Positions 1 through 14,405 of a stretch of DNA of 64,000 nt are shown one piece after another. The DNA comes from Eledone cirrhosa (taxonomy: Eukaryota): positions 48,546,001 to 48,610,000 of the forward strand of contig OZ024746.1 in the NCBI GenBank assembly GCA_964016885.1. The letters are read 5' to 3'. The stretch's first letter is position 1, and each line of letters starts with the position of its first letter. The translations under genes were made by a program, and so were the position numbers. Under the pieces are notes generated by a model. It saw only the letters and a program-made list of their open reading frames with translations. It was not told the DNA's origin and did not search any database.

Positions 1-743
1 TTTATTGTGGTTTTTGCTGGAACATTCCACCAGTACTCTTTCATATTATGTACATGGATGTCTTCCACATTGCTGTAGCTTTTAATGTGTTTATTATCGG
101 GGCTATCTTTTTTACTAACTGCATTGTACAGTGTTTTGGCCACTACATCATGCCTCACAGGTAGATAGTACCGCGATGACATCTCTGGACAGCTGCTAAT
201 GACATGGGTGATATCCTAGATGTTAGTTCTGCAGAGTCTGCACTTGTTATCACATCTAGGTGTTTTGCCTGCATCCCTATCTCTTTTGTGAATCAGGTAT
301 TTCGTGTTAATCTCCTGTTCTTGGATTGCAAAAGCGTATCCTTCAAAGTGGGATCCAAAATAGCGGTTGTTGGTCCAAGATAGAGTACTTTCCTTATCTA
401 TATTACTCTAACTCTGGAGCTTCCTGGCAACATATCCATGCATGATTTTTTGCTGATAGGCATGCAGTTTTTCAGCGATGGATTCATTGCGATACTGCTG
501 AGCGACTTCCCTGGGTGTGAGTTTTTGATTATCACACAGGGAATATCTCTCGAGGAGTTCCTTCCCAACTCTCCTGATCTTATCTGTTTCATGCAGAGAG
601 ACTTGCTCGAGAAACCGGCTCCTACGCTTCAAGGTTCGTAGATGTTGTCGGAGAGATATGCGACATTCAAATGTTGTCTGGACTGATGTTAGGCCCCTGC
701 CTCCCTGCTTACATTTCAAGTAAAGGCGGTCTATGTCACTGTT
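1..743 (-). mobile_element. 5'-truncated R4/Dong-like RLE non-LTR retrotransposon fragment (continues beyond left edge)
   Basis: Minus strand reads NSDIDRLYL...GGRGL, ..QEQEINT.., a zinc-knuckle region, RHDVVAK and EYWWNVP. These match the post-RT and endonuclease regions of the R4-like ORFs at 33-61 kb. Degraded, and abuts (ATGT)n. Confidence 0.8.
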
Positions 744-752
744 GAAGGCGGT

Positions 753-842
753 CTATGTATGTATGTATGTATGTATGTATGTATGTATGTATGTATGTAT
801 GTATGTATGTATGTTCGTATGTATGTATGTATGCATACATAC
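753..842. repeat. (ATGT)n microsatellite
   Basis: Direct tandem repeat. Confidence 0.95.
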
Positions 843-1144
843 ATTCCTTTCTTCTTTTTCCCTTAACTCATGAGGGAGTCGGAGCACCATATACGGCGTT
901 TCTATGGCACCTTATAAAACCTGGCAGAGCTCATCACCTCACCACGACCGAATAGAGTAGATTTATTCCAAAGAAAAATAGAGCGAGAGAATGAAAGTAA
1001 GAAAGAGATATAGAGGGAGAAGGAACTCCTGTACTGAACTGATACATTTTTTTATCGACCTTCAATGGATGAAAGGCAAAGTTGACCTCCGACATACATA
1101 CATACTTACATTCATACACACACACACACACATATATATATACG

Positions 1145-1179
<35 letters not shown>

Positions 1180-1986
1180 ATATATATATATATATATATA
1201 CGTGTATGTATACATGTATTCATTCACATAATAGAATTACGTATTCATTATAAAACAATTTAATGGTCGAATGTGGATATATAATACGTTTTCCAAGTTA
1301 ACGATTCATTTTCCATGTCCTCTGAATCACTTAGAGCGGAGTAGATTAACAGAAAATCTCTATAATTTAATCAGCAAGTAGAATTAGTAAGTGCAGTCCA
1401 AGAGGTTTTCTTTGCCGATCTCTTGTTAACAGAAATGTCTCCAGTTATACAAGAGAGTCGATTTCTTAAACATGCCTAATCAAAATTCAATTTGTGCAAG
1501 AATTCAGGAATTGTCGGGCAATTATTATTGTCTAATGATTGAACGTATAGTTCTTACTCATTCCATGTGGATTCCAATTGGAAGTTTCGGTCGTAATCGA
1601 CTTTTATAAATCAATATTCTCCAATTTTTAAACAATATTACCGGTAGTCGTCAATTATTATAATAGCTAAAGTGCAGTTGAAACCAGACATATTTTATTG
1701 CGAGTGAAGAGTGAAGATTAGATTTCAGAGAGAGAAGAGAATGAGTTAAATATGCTGTGCGTACAAACATACACATGCACACACACACAAACACACGCGC
1801 GCGCGCGCGCACAAGCGCGCACACACACACACGAACATATATATATATATATATATACGAAAAGTAAATGCGTCAGAGAGAGAGGGAGAGAGGGGGGAAT
1901 AGAGAGACAAAGGGGTGGGGGAGACTATATATCTTCCTTTGAAGTCTGGTCGTCTTAGACATTAATATACTTACATATACGCACTC

Positions 1987-3020
1987 TGTACTTACTTGTA
2001 CTTGTGTCGACATTCACCCTGGACGGGTTGAGCCGGCTTCTTCCCTTGTCCTGACGGCATCCCGAACCATGGCAGCCCACGCACGACGGTCCCGGGCTAG
2101 ATCACTGGAGATAGCGAGCCAGTTACGGTTCCATCGGCGCAGACCGACCACCTGCGGACCTGAAAGTTCGGAAAGGTCTTGAACGTTGTTTCCCAGGTCT
2201 TCAGCTGCCAGCCAACGAGCTTGCGCCAGTTAGGGAGTGGAGGTGGGAGGAGAACAACGTGGATCAGTTCACTCTCAGGACGCCGGGCTGCGTGACCAAA
2301 TCATCTCAAGCGCCGTTGCAGAAGCCCCGAAGGAAGTAGTCGAAGATTCAGGCGAAGACGAAGACTGGTGGTAGGTACCCGATCAACGCGTTGGCAGCGA
2401 CTAATGCGGCGGAGACAGTCATTGTCGAAGACCTCCAGCCCTCGTTGATCGACTACCCTCATGGCCATGTTTACAGCCATAAAGGAGGAGAGTGCGAATG
2501 ACGGCTGGTAGATTTGCCCTTTGGTCGCCGAGGTGATCTCTCTTCTGTCCCACAGACACCGCTGGAGGCACCCAAAAGCGGATCTTGCAGCACCTATGCG
2601 ACGTTTGACTTCGGCTGCGCCCTGTCCCGTTGGAACCACTGTTGAGCCCAGGTAAACGAAGGACTGAACATTCTCCAGGTCCAAAGGATACATGGAAGAA
2701 GTGTCATGGGAATAGTGAATTCACAAGCAGTCCCCCCAAAACCCGTATGTATATCCCGAACGAGGGGAAAAAACGTCCTGTTTGCCGCAGATTCTCCACA
2801 GACGTAGGGACAGAAACGACCCGAAGCCGCCGGTTGCCGGAACAGACACCTCTTGGATTTTTACTAGAGCCCCTTTTGCCGGGTTGCGGCCCTAATACCG
2901 CTGGGTGCCAGACCAATCCGCCTTGGGTGGCCCTAACAGGAACCGAAGTTCCCGGCAGCATAGCTCTGACACTACCCGTTACCACCGCCCTGCCGCGTTG
3001 AGGAGGGGTTGGACTTTCAG
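1987..3020 (-). mobile_element. Internally deleted RTE-clade LINE (GC-rich 5'UTR joined to 3' end of ORF)
   Basis: ORF 2301-2693 contains FVYLGS..EVKRRIGAARSAF..LW..R.I...TKGQIY and LEVFDNDCLRRI, followed by FGHAARRP; these are typical RTE C-terminal motifs. The 3' tail is CAAGTA-like repeats at ~1987-2005. 2695-3020 is GC-rich and non-coding, and is inferred to be the 5'UTR. Confidence 0.75.
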
Positions 3021-3091
3021 TCATACACACACGCGTGCGAATGCTCACACACCCGTACATAAACAGACACATACTCACGCGCATATATATA

Positions 3092-3354
<263 letters not shown>

Positions 3355-4062
3355 AAAAGTTATGAAACGAAAGGAGCTATGTGGTTACTAAAAACAAGGT
3401 TTAGGATGGTGGTTAGGACGGAACAGGAGGAGAAAGGAAGAAAGGAGTTTCCATCGTCAGCTGTAAATGTATCCCGAACCGATGTTTCGGCGCTGAATTA
3501 CAGGATATCGGTGTAGTTCGGGTGCGCCCGAGGCCTTTATTAATCAAAAGGCCAGGTGGAAAAGGAGAGAGAAAGAGAGAGAAAAAGGGAGAGAGAAAAG
3601 GAAAGAGAGGGAAATGAGGAAGAACAGGGGGTAAAAAGATGAGGAGAGAGGAAGAAGGGGAAAATAGGAAAGGAATAGAAGAAAAAAGTGTGCAGATCTC
3701 ATCGTGGGAAGACACAGGTGAAAGAAACCGTGGAAAAATAGGGAAAGTAAGTTGTGGCCAACTTCACTATGGTTATCTTTACCGAATCAGTTTCGAGTCT
3801 CAAAAATAAATGGACACTCCTTGCGGCCTTCCATTTAAAAGATTAATTCTCGTCAGAAGGGTCTTTTCACTCGGAGAATATAAAATTCCCGAGTTCAAAT
3901 TACGAACTGGCGCTATTCAAAATTGTTCCCGAGATGAGAATGAATGATGTGGAAGCAATTCTGTCCAGTGCCGTGTGTAAAGATAGAAGCAGAGGCAGGG
4001 AGGTGAGTTTACTACCACTATAAATAGTCAGAACGACGAAATTTTATCTCGACCAAGAGGGG

Positions 4063-4111
<49 letters not shown>

Positions 4112-4112
<1 letters not shown>

Positions 4113-4460
4113 AATAAAGTTAGATAAAAGTCAAATGATTAAAATTTAGCTTCGTTTATTACTGCTATATATATTTCAGTGACAGCCATATCAGAGTATT
4201 GACAATATTATACACCTAAACAACATATGTACTTGTCTGTACCATACTAATTCAAACTGCCTGAAGAGGTCACAGCCAAAGATAGCTGTCACTGAAATAT
4301 ATATAGCAGTAATAAACGAAGCTAAATTTTAATCATTTGACTTTTATCTAACTTTATTTTACACTACTCCGGAGTAACCAAACCAACCTGCGCACTTCGT
4401 CGAGTGCTCCAGGCTGCATACTGAGGTGTTGGTATACAACCAACATAAACTCAAAATCTC
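4112..4460 (+). mobile_element. Penelope-like pLTR remnant with 75-bp inverted repeat
   Basis: 4112-4186 is the reverse complement of 4285-4359. Flanked by (TA)n and contains a hammerhead. Confidence 0.7.
4256..4310 (+). ncRNA. Minimal type I hammerhead ribozyme
   Basis: ACUGC-CUGAAGA-[GGUCACAGC..GCUGUCACU]-GAAA-UAUAU-AUA^-GCAGU. Stem I is ACUGC/GCAGU, stem III is short and palindromic, and the triplet is AUA. Confidence 0.8.
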
Positions 4461-4949
4461 TCTATCTCTCTCTCTATATATATATATATGGAGTAGATCT
4501 GTGTGTATACCAACTTTTTTTTATTTAACTGCTGGAATCCTTATATTTCTCTGATCGGTATCTGTCTGTCCGTTTTATTATGTGTGAAGCTTTCCCATGA
4601 ACGAATCAATATGATGTGCTCCGTAACATGTTTCTCGCCCATGTCACTTTGCTTATGTTGAACAGTTTATTAAAATCTTGATCGGAAAAATTGCGCTGGG
4701 TTTTGTGTCTCTGTCATTAAATCGATCTAATTCCTCAAATATTCTCCCTCTCTCTTCCTCTCTCTCACTTTGTCTCTCCCTCTCTGTCTCCCCCCCCTCT
4801 CTCTCTCCACATATATATTTCGATCGACAAGATCCCAGACCTCATTCGCTTAACGAGTGGGGTGGAGTTCGTCCAATCGGACCGATGGAACATTGTTTCC
4901 GTTGGTCTTTCCAATTGTTAATACTAACTGTCGGTCGCAAATCCAGACA

Positions 4950-5118
<169 letters not shown>

Positions 5119-5519
5119 CACATGTTTGTATGTATACATGCGCATTTTGAAATATGTTTTCTGTATCGAGTTACACAGACACCACATCATTTCTTCCATC
5201 ATTTATGCTACTGTGGACCAGAGATACACCCGCTGGAATTCTGTAACCAATGAAGTACAAGCGAAATTAAATAAATCAATAAATGATTAAGCAGCTAGAC
5301 TGTATAAATATATAATAAATGTAGAGGTAGATAATGAAAGACACCCACTAGAAACACTCTTTGATAGATAAACTTGGGTCGGACATTATTGAACATGCAG
5401 TTATAGTATGTTCAATAATACTTCAAAAACCTACTTTATGAATTATATTGGCTATAAACTGAAGTCATTTAAAAGACTTCACTTTTAAGTAGCTTTATTT
5501 GAATTAAGACTTTAGCTGG

Positions 5520-5630
5520 ACGAGGCGGAAATTTCGCCGAATCGTTTGAACGTTAGATTAAATATCTCCGTATTCAGTCCGGCTGTCTGCATTCTGAGTT
5601 CAAATCCCACCGAAGCTATCGTTGCTTTTT
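5520..5630 (+). mobile_element. tRNA-derived SINE head (degraded)
   Basis: B-box ttctgagttcaaatccc; similar to the copy at 19612-19802. Confidence 0.6.
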
Positions 5631-6814
5631 TTTTTTCGTCCTGTAGCAGTGGATGTGCGGAATCGTTAAATAATTGGGCGGGATGCTTTGCAGTACCTGA
5701 TTTGGCTCTTTGCATCCTGAGTTTCCCTGGATGGAATTATGACCGGCAGATCGTATCAAAAATGGAAAAACCAATGGAAATATATCTTTGGTACTGACCA
5801 TAGTTTATTAGTGCTGGTAGATGTTACGTATTGTACCATATCTTCACTTTGTAGCGGTCCAATCACATCCTTTTCAAAAAAGGATGTTATATAAAGTATG
5901 ACTTGTATACAATTCTTTCCTCAATACTTTCTTTTATGGGAGAATTATTAGAGCAGCGGCCGAAACGCTACGCCGTTTATGGTTATGCTTCTTTACGTTC
6001 TGAATTCAAATACCACCGTGGTCAATCTTGTTTTTAATCCTTGTGGGATTGATGAAATGAAGTACAGGGTTCTTTATTTCTTTGAGGACATATTCTAATA
6101 GCTCTAACGTTTTCTAACCTGTTCTGATTATCAACCTATGTTGGTTTGGGGGCTAACTATTCATGTTAGCCAGTCGTGGGTTGAGATTTGAACCCAAGAT
6201 CGAAAGAACTGGAGCAGATAACGTAATATATCTCATCCGACTGTCTAACTATTCCGCCAATCCACTGTTTTGGACTGGTACATGTCGGACTGCAGAGAGC
6301 GGGAACGTATGATTCAAGTATTTCTCTCCGCCATATTAACGGATCTGCCTATGCACCGTCTCAGACATTATTATGGTTGGACAATAATTGATATCACCTT
6401 TAATTTCTTCCTTATAAATGAATTAATTTGTTACTAGTAATATACTCTTATGTTCATGATTTATTTAACTATATTCCTTCGCTAAAAACCATTCCGTATC
6501 TCATCAGGAGTAATTAACATCCGTTTACTAATTGACTTAGTTATTCTCAATTATTTAGCTGCTTTCCATCTCCAATTACACCCGTTATACTGCTCCTTGC
6601 CACTAATAATTTGTTCATCTCATTAATTAATTAACTAATTAAACAATTTATTTATATATTTATTTATTATATTATTTTGGTTCTGTAATGTTTTACTTTA
6701 AGTTTTTTTTTATTGCTAGTAATAGAAAGTTTTCAACTAATTCTTCTATACCCTTCCTGCTAAAAGAAATTAACTTGTATAAAACGATAACAATAACACA
6801 AACAACAACAATAG

Positions 6815-7205
6815 TGATAATTTCTAATTTAGGCAGAATGCCAGCAATTTTGGCAGAAGCGAAATTCGATGAAATTGATACGTGTATTTGACTGGTACTG
6901 AAATTTTACCAACGCGGGAAGAATTAACGCCAAAGTTGACCTCGACGGGATTTGAACTCAGAACGCAAAGGAAGGTGTTTGATGCTCTACCGGTACTGCC
7001 AATCTACCACCCTTTATATAATTGTTTCTATTTTTGACTCAAGGCCAGTAAAAGTAATGTTTCTACTTTTGGCACAAGGCCAGCATAAGGATGAAAGGCA
7101 AAGCTAACCTTGATGGGATTTGAACTCAGAACGTAATTGGCCAGAACTCTATACTGCAAAGCATGTTGTCTGACGCTCTACTGATACTGCCAAATCACCA
7201 CCATT
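6815..7205 (-). mobile_element. Two adjacent tRNA-derived SINE copies
   Basis: Each has gggatttgaactcagaac (reverse B-box) and ctgccaa..caccacc (reverse A-box/5' end). Confidence 0.7.
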
Positions 7206-7732
7206 TATATAATACTAATCAATAATATGATGTCCAAGACACATATCTCCATTTTGAGATCAATCGCCTTACAGAAATGCTGCACCATCCATGTATATTA
7301 TATTGATCGTGACTCTATTCTGTTATGCATCATATGAAACATTTATATATCTCATTAATATTCTTTTATTACTTTACTGGTCCCAGTTATTGGATGCCTT
7401 AAAGCATGCAGAAGCACCGCCTTTAATCGTTTACTCAATTATATATGTCCTATCTTAATTGATCTTGGAAGAAGTGAAGGACAATTTTAGACAATGCCGT
7501 ACAGAGTGGGTCGTCTTTTAATGTCATCTTGTGATATCAACGCATATATTTCAATCATTTGATGGAGCCGGATTCACACAGAAGACGCCTTACCTAGAAT
7601 GGTAGATTCATATATAATATAGTATTAAGGAGGGGGATAGTACAATGGTCACGTGCCAAGAAAATAACCGGAGGGGGGGGGGGGAGGGCGTTCAACACGA
7701 TGTATATATATATGTATATATGTAAAGAGTAA

Positions 7733-7972
7733 AGACATCCATCGGTTACACGTGATCATCGGGATTTGCATCTAGAAAGTTGCCCTCCGAGGGACAAGTC
7801 CAGGAAAAGTTGTTTATGGGACACCAGCAGTCACTCATGCATACCAGTCTCCCTTCTGCACATCACCGATGATGTCCAAGGGAAAGGCGAAGGCTGATAC
7901 GGCTTGGCACTAGTGACGTCACAAACTATGTCTACAGTTGAGTAAACTGGAGCACCGTGAAATAAATGTCTG
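7733..7972 (-). mobile_element. SINE body fragment, second family
   Basis: tctacagttgagtaaactggagcaccgtgaaataaa resembles the segment at ~23200-23230, which lies next to a tRNA head. Confidence 0.5.
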
Positions 7973-8230
7973 TACACACACACACACACATATATATATA
8001 TACTTATTTATTTATATTTATATAAATTTGAGTATGTATTGTTTGGTTACCGACACTTCAGTATGCAGGGTAGAGCAGTCACCAGTTCTTTCAGAAAACA
8101 ATACCATACTTCGCCACAGGGCATATTAAAGGACCGAAATAACGGAGGTAAACTTTGTTAGATTATTATGTTTTTCTGTTTATTTCTGTTCAAATACTAG
8201 CTGTATGATGAGGTCATAGCTGTTGAATAA

Positions 8231-8692
<462 letters not shown>

Positions 8693-8720
8693 GTGTTTAC
8701 TGTCATTTCTATAATACGAA

Positions 8721-8784
8721 CGTCTGACGAACGAATGAAGTCGTTTATTTCGTATTCGCCTCATTCGGGAAACCTCTGGTAATG
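8721..8784 (+). ncRNA. Possible degenerate type I hammerhead
   Basis: CUGACGA-[CGAAUGA..UCAUUCG]-GAAA-CC UCU G-GUA^. Stem I is only 3 bp (CGU/AUG). Confidence 0.4.
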
Positions 8785-8891
8785 AGGTAATTATATTGTA
8801 TTGATTTTTATACATTAAATTTTGCTCTGATACTTACATAGAGCACTCTTCATTTCTATGACCTTTTCTGTTTCCAACGGAAATTTCAATA

Positions 8892-8998
<107 letters not shown>

Positions 8999-9177
8999 AT
9001 TTATATATATATATATATATATATATGTAGGAGGTGAGTTTTATTGTAGAACAATAAACCAATGCAAATATCGGATAAGTAGCACTCAACAGTTTATTGG
9101 ACTGGAGTATATATAAGAAGAAATTAAAAGATGTTGATTGGACACTTCCTTGTTCACAAGTGTTTTTTATGTTTCCC

Positions 9178-9248
9178 TATTTTATCTGATGAGAACGCAA
9201 ATATCGTCCCAGGATGATATTTGTTTTTGAAATGCGCATAATAAAATA
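9178..9248 (+). ncRNA. Minimal type I hammerhead ribozyme in a pLTR remnant (inverted repeat 9109-9132 / 9267-9290)
   Basis: UAUUUUAU-CUGAUGA-[long stem II CAAAUAUCGUCC/GGAUGAUAUUUG]-GAAA-U GCGC AUA^-AUAAAAUA; stem III is palindromic (AUGCGCAU). Confidence 0.85.
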
Positions 9249-9768
9249 TATGGAACTTTCTTAACGATCTTTTAATTTCTTCTTATATATATATATATAT
9301 AGGAAAATGTTTAACCCCGACGGCAGAGCTCAAGCCGTTTCGACGGGTATTTCCGGTTCCTTACCACACTTCCTTCGTTATATATATATATATATATATA
9401 TGTCAGTCCATACTCGCAGAAACTAAAATTTTAGTCCAGGAATCATTGGTATAAAATTTACCATAATCCACGTGCAGTCGTTTCTATTATAAATTATCTA
9501 TTATGTGTACTCTAAGATAGAGTAAACCAGGTTTATACGAAAGAAAGAAAGACCTGTGGAAGGAACAATGGGTAAATGAATGAATGAACTAAATTTCATC
9601 GAAAGAAGAATCATTTTTAGTCATTACAAAAAAAACAAAAACAAAAAAAAAACACGCAAAACTGTTAAATTCACTTTACATCTATCATTTATTTCTTGGT
9701 TTCAAAATTTTCGCTTACCTGGTCAGGTTTTATTTCTTTCACTTTTTAATATTTTCTTTTATCATGTG

Positions 9769-9840
<72 letters not shown>

Positions 9841-10694
9841 TATACATACATATCTCTTTCTATATATATGTATGTGTGTGTATATATATATATATATATT
9901 TATTTATTTGTACGCATACAGACGCATGTACTTACACATGTCTGTATTATTTCCGTATACATACTTAGAAAGGCGCCCGTATATGCATTCACACGCAAAC
10001 ACACACACATACGCGTATATGCAGATAACACATATTTGTGTATCTGACGTCTCCTTGGCATTTGATCTTTTGATATCTATGTATTTACTTTAAGAATGAA
10101 TGATTGATTATGATACAGTTTCTCTTGATATGTGTATATTTGAGCAGAACATAGGCAAATTGCAGGCAGATACATAGATAGGTTGGTAGATTGGTAAGGT
10201 AGATATATAGAGGATTACGTGTAAAGAAATAATTTAGCAGGAAGTCAAACTGATAGATAACTACACTGCCTTGTATGACATGTAGCTAACAATTGTCTTT
10301 TATCCGTTTCAAGTGATGTTTTCTTGTAAAAGCCATTTCGGCTAAAAGAAAAAAACAGGCAAAATAAAACAAAAACAAATAAAAGAAAAAAACAAGATTG
10401 ATTTGAAGAGAAAGAATTAAGTAAAGAAAAGAAAATGAAGGATTGTCTGAGGATTAAATGTCATCACGAAACCCATTACATAACACATAGATCGTAACGT
10501 ATAAAAATCAGTAATGAGAGAGACAGGAGAGAGGAAAGAATTCTAGAAGATGCCAATTGATGCATATTTAAACACGCTCGCTCTCAACTGTAACACATGT
10601 TTACCAATGTACTCTATAATAAAACCGTAGCTTTTTACATTGACATGGCATCAGCAATATTCGACTGCAGTTTCCAGCGACAACTTTCCATAAT

Positions 10695-10860
10695 AATTGT
10701 TTCTACTTTTGGCACAAGGCCAGCAATTATCCCAGCGCATTACTGGTACTTTATTTTATCGACCCCGTATAGATGAAAGGTAAAGTTAACCTCGGCGGGA
10801 TTTGAACTCAGAATGGCAAGGGCCGTAACTCTATGCGTCAAATGTATGGCGTCCGACCTC
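10695..10860 (-). mobile_element. tRNA-derived SINE
   Basis: Close match to 19612-19802, including the reverse B-box. Confidence 0.75.
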
Positions 10861-12109
10861 CTTCAATAGATGGCTTTGCAGTATTATTTCCTTCTTGGCG
10901 TCTGAGCTCACCCAGCCTGATAGAATCGCTGTTAGCCAGTATTAGTTGCGTTCCGATTCTAATGCGTTCTTAGTCTCAATACCCACCTCTCTCTTTTTTT
11001 CTAGGTTGAAGAAATCGCTGTTCAGTCAGACTGGTGAGGGATCGATTCTTTCGTTTAAATGTCTCAAGACATGTCGTATATCACTATTTGCATCTCTGGA
11101 AGAGAGAGATCGGCTGTGTTTCAGACTAGGAGTGGTATCGTAAGTCATTTCGTATCTAATTCTATTCATATATCAGTTTTCTAGGTTTAGTCATTGAACT
11201 ACGATCATGGTGGTGCTCCGACAAGGAGGTTAGTCGATTATATTAACCTCAGTGATGTTTTAATACAATAAAAATATTAAATTCAATTGAAAATAAATTG
11301 CGAACATGAATGTGTGCACCTAAATAATAAAGGAATAAAAAGCAAGAAAGAAATTCAAAGATGGTCAGTCCTGAGTTCAAACCAACAACATTTATGTTAT
11401 AAGCAAGACGCTGTAGTCAAAACATACACAGACATACACAGACAAGCATCTAGAAATATATAACATTATTATTTCGTAATATATAATATCAAGTATCACT
11501 GTCTTTCGAAGTATATATACATCATATTTATATACATACGCTGCCTCACAGGATCTGTTAAAAGTCGATAGCTCTCGTGTGAATCTTAGATTTACTTATA
11601 TTCTCTTCCCCTCTCTGTCCCCTTCTCTTTCTTTTATTCCTGTATTCGTTTTCATGTCGATGCCTTGCATGACAATATAAGTGTAAAATATATTTCATTT
11701 CATCCTTCTTATATTACATATGATTTGTATCTGCTTTACGATGGTTCTCTCTTATTCTACTACACCTGTTCATATCTTCCCCTACCAACGTTCAGTCCGC
11801 TAGCTATGTCATAGTTTATAACTATATACCGGAGATGACGGGATAGCGCTAGGAACTATACGAACGGGTCATTGTCAGTCACATTACTCTGCCTTTTTGT
11901 ATATGTTGTCCTAGAGTAAAGAAAGAAATACCAGTAATAGAATACTAGAACAAGGAAAATGAAAGAAAATAAGAAACAAAGAAATATGGGAAAAAAGTTT
12001 TATTCTACAACCACCGCCACGAACCCCAATCCTATCACCACTACCAACAGCACCAATTCACCCCCCCCGCCACCTCCAGCAACGCCATCACGACCAACAA
12101 CAGCACCAC

Positions 12110-12380
12110 TAACAGAGAACATCCAGCGAGAACCTGGTGCATTCGACGACTAAGCCAGGTTTCGCTACTCGTCAGGCCGAAGATGGCAAACTATCGAAAT
12201 ATCGGTCGCTCTTGGACAGGTTTGTGGTCGAAATTGTTGTAGTGGTGACATCCGGTGTTCTTGGCACCCAACTACCACCATACTCACTACTATCGGGTCA
12301 GAGGTGGCTAGCAGTAGGCTAATCTAACGCGTTTTCTTCGCTATTCTCGAGAGCAACGGTTCCTCTAATCTGTCCGCTTG
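12110..12380 (+). mobile_element. Degraded CRE-like RLE retrotransposon 3' end
   Basis: PGFATRQAEDGKLSKYRSL...VVTSGVLG, then RVFFAILESNGSS. This resembles the AE..K..KY..L..ETxG..G / QRxSxAIQRGNA C-terminus of CRE-clade proteins. Confidence 0.55.
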
Positions 12381-13271
12381 TACCACGAGGCGGTCAGAAC
12401 TTGAACCCCCATACACATAGCGGAGAACACTCTGTCCGGGATCGAATCAGTGGATTAGCTATGTCGAGTTCTATTGTTACTTTTGGGACGTATTACACTA
12501 AAGATAAAAAAAAACAAAAAAAAACACAAAAAGCCCATTCTTATGATGAAATCTAACGTGCTCTATTCATTCCCCTTCTTTTCTTCTGCCTATCACAATA
12601 CGTAATACCATACAGCTAGTCACGCCATGCATTCGAATGCTACGCTTTAAATAACCTTAATTATGGAACGCTTTTGAGCATAGGTCTGCTCAATCAGAGT
12701 TAATATAGAGCTAATCAACAACAACATGAATAACAAAGACCTAGCAGAAGACATTAGTATGTCTATGCAAGCTACTCCTCCTACACAGTATAATGAAAAA
12801 AGAATATTCATTTATGCATATACATATCTATTTAATAAATCGGCACATTAAGGTAACCAGCCATTACTAAATCTACTAATTAATATATTTGATCATTAAG
12901 ATATGTATAGACTGATATGATTTAGAGGAGAGCGTCCATAAATTCAATGAATAGCAACAACAAAGGTAGGCAGAATGTTCCATATGATGATTGAAATACA
13001 AGGTTTGCGTGATAAAGCATTAACAGATAGCACAGAATAGTTTGTGATAAAAATTTACAAACTGACAGAGATACAAATTCTAAAGGAAATAATTAATTCT
13101 ACATCCTGCTTTCGATCCGTTAAATGAAACACTAGAAATGAAAAGTCTTCAGATTTTTACTATTTTCACCCCCCCCCCACACACATACATACACACACAT
13201 ACATACATACACATACATACACACACACACACGTACACACACACACACATATACATACATACATACATACA

Positions 13272-13302
<31 letters not shown>

Positions 13303-13423
13303 GTATATATATAGTAATAATAATAAATTTGAAGACTAAAATCCAAAGAGGGCTCGATAAGAATAAATATATATCAAATATATAAGAACCGTAGAGCAAA
13401 TATTTATTAAAATAACAGATTCA

Positions 13424-13474
13424 AGTTTAAGCAAAGAATCGCTGCTTTCACCCTTAACGGGATCTTCTGAAACT
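13424..13474 (-). ncRNA. Variant hammerhead (CAGAAGA core) in 3' pLTR
   Basis: AGUUU-CAGAAGA-U CCC GUUAA GGG U-GAAA-GCA..UGCU U^-AAACU. Confidence 0.6.
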
Positions 13475-14405
13475 AACAAAGTCAATCTGTAAACGCAGAA
13501 CTGGATATTTAAAAAAACATTGCAACCGGAGGAAGACAGCAAGACGATACTTTGGTTCGTGGAAACGTTCGCTGGCAAAGAACGGGAAAAAACGAATATA
13601 ATACGTCATTAATAGGAGCGGTGAAAAACAATTACGCGCAAAGACAGAACCACGTTTATGGTATAAAAGAATTCGTAGACTAATGTTCTCTTAGGTGGTG
13701 CATAGAGATGTTCTCTGGCAATGAACGAAAAAACGAAGATAATACGTCATATGTGGAGCGTTGAGAACAATAGCACGCAAAGACAAAACCACGTAAATGG
13801 TATAGCAGAAGTCGTAGACTAAAATTCTAACAAGGAGACCAAATGAAACATCGCTACAGAGTTAAGAACAAAGTAAATAAATACAATACAGAAGTAATAT
13901 AAATAAATAAATACATACACGCAAACAAATACGTACATACACAAGCATACGCGAAAACACTCGCCATAGGTATACAAGTACACGCACATATAAATATGTG
14001 TCTGTGTGTATGCGTGTATACAAATAAATAAATAATTATATAAACGTATATAAATAAATAAATACGTATATAACAAGCGCACACACATACCTTGATATAA
14101 ACAAACGAATGTTCGGAGACGTAAGTCAACCAAAACATGAACTACACATATACACACACCCGCCATACGTACGAGCCTGCATACTCACACAGACGCAAAA
14201 CTCCCGTATACACATAGCTAAACCATATGTACCAGAATATATAAAATTATACGCCATACCAATCAAATATGCATACGAGAAGGTATACGTACCTTCACAA
14301 AACATACGGGTAATATATACTTACCTATGCAAAAAAGTAAAGGTATAAACAAAACATATACTTAGCTCCCACATCAAGACGTAAAATATCCACGTATAGA
14401 TCGTA

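Noticed and set aside
3445-3555. CUGACGA and GAAAC motifs on the minus strand as a type II hammerhead
   Set aside because: Stems I and II do not pair convincingly.
3772-3860. Minus-strand hammerhead with a long stem II
   Set aside because: The core and stem III fit, but stem I is only 3 bp; kept only as a weak candidate.
13560-13822. ~130-bp tandem repeat as an independent element
   Set aside because: Part of the Penelope 3' region and present in both copies.
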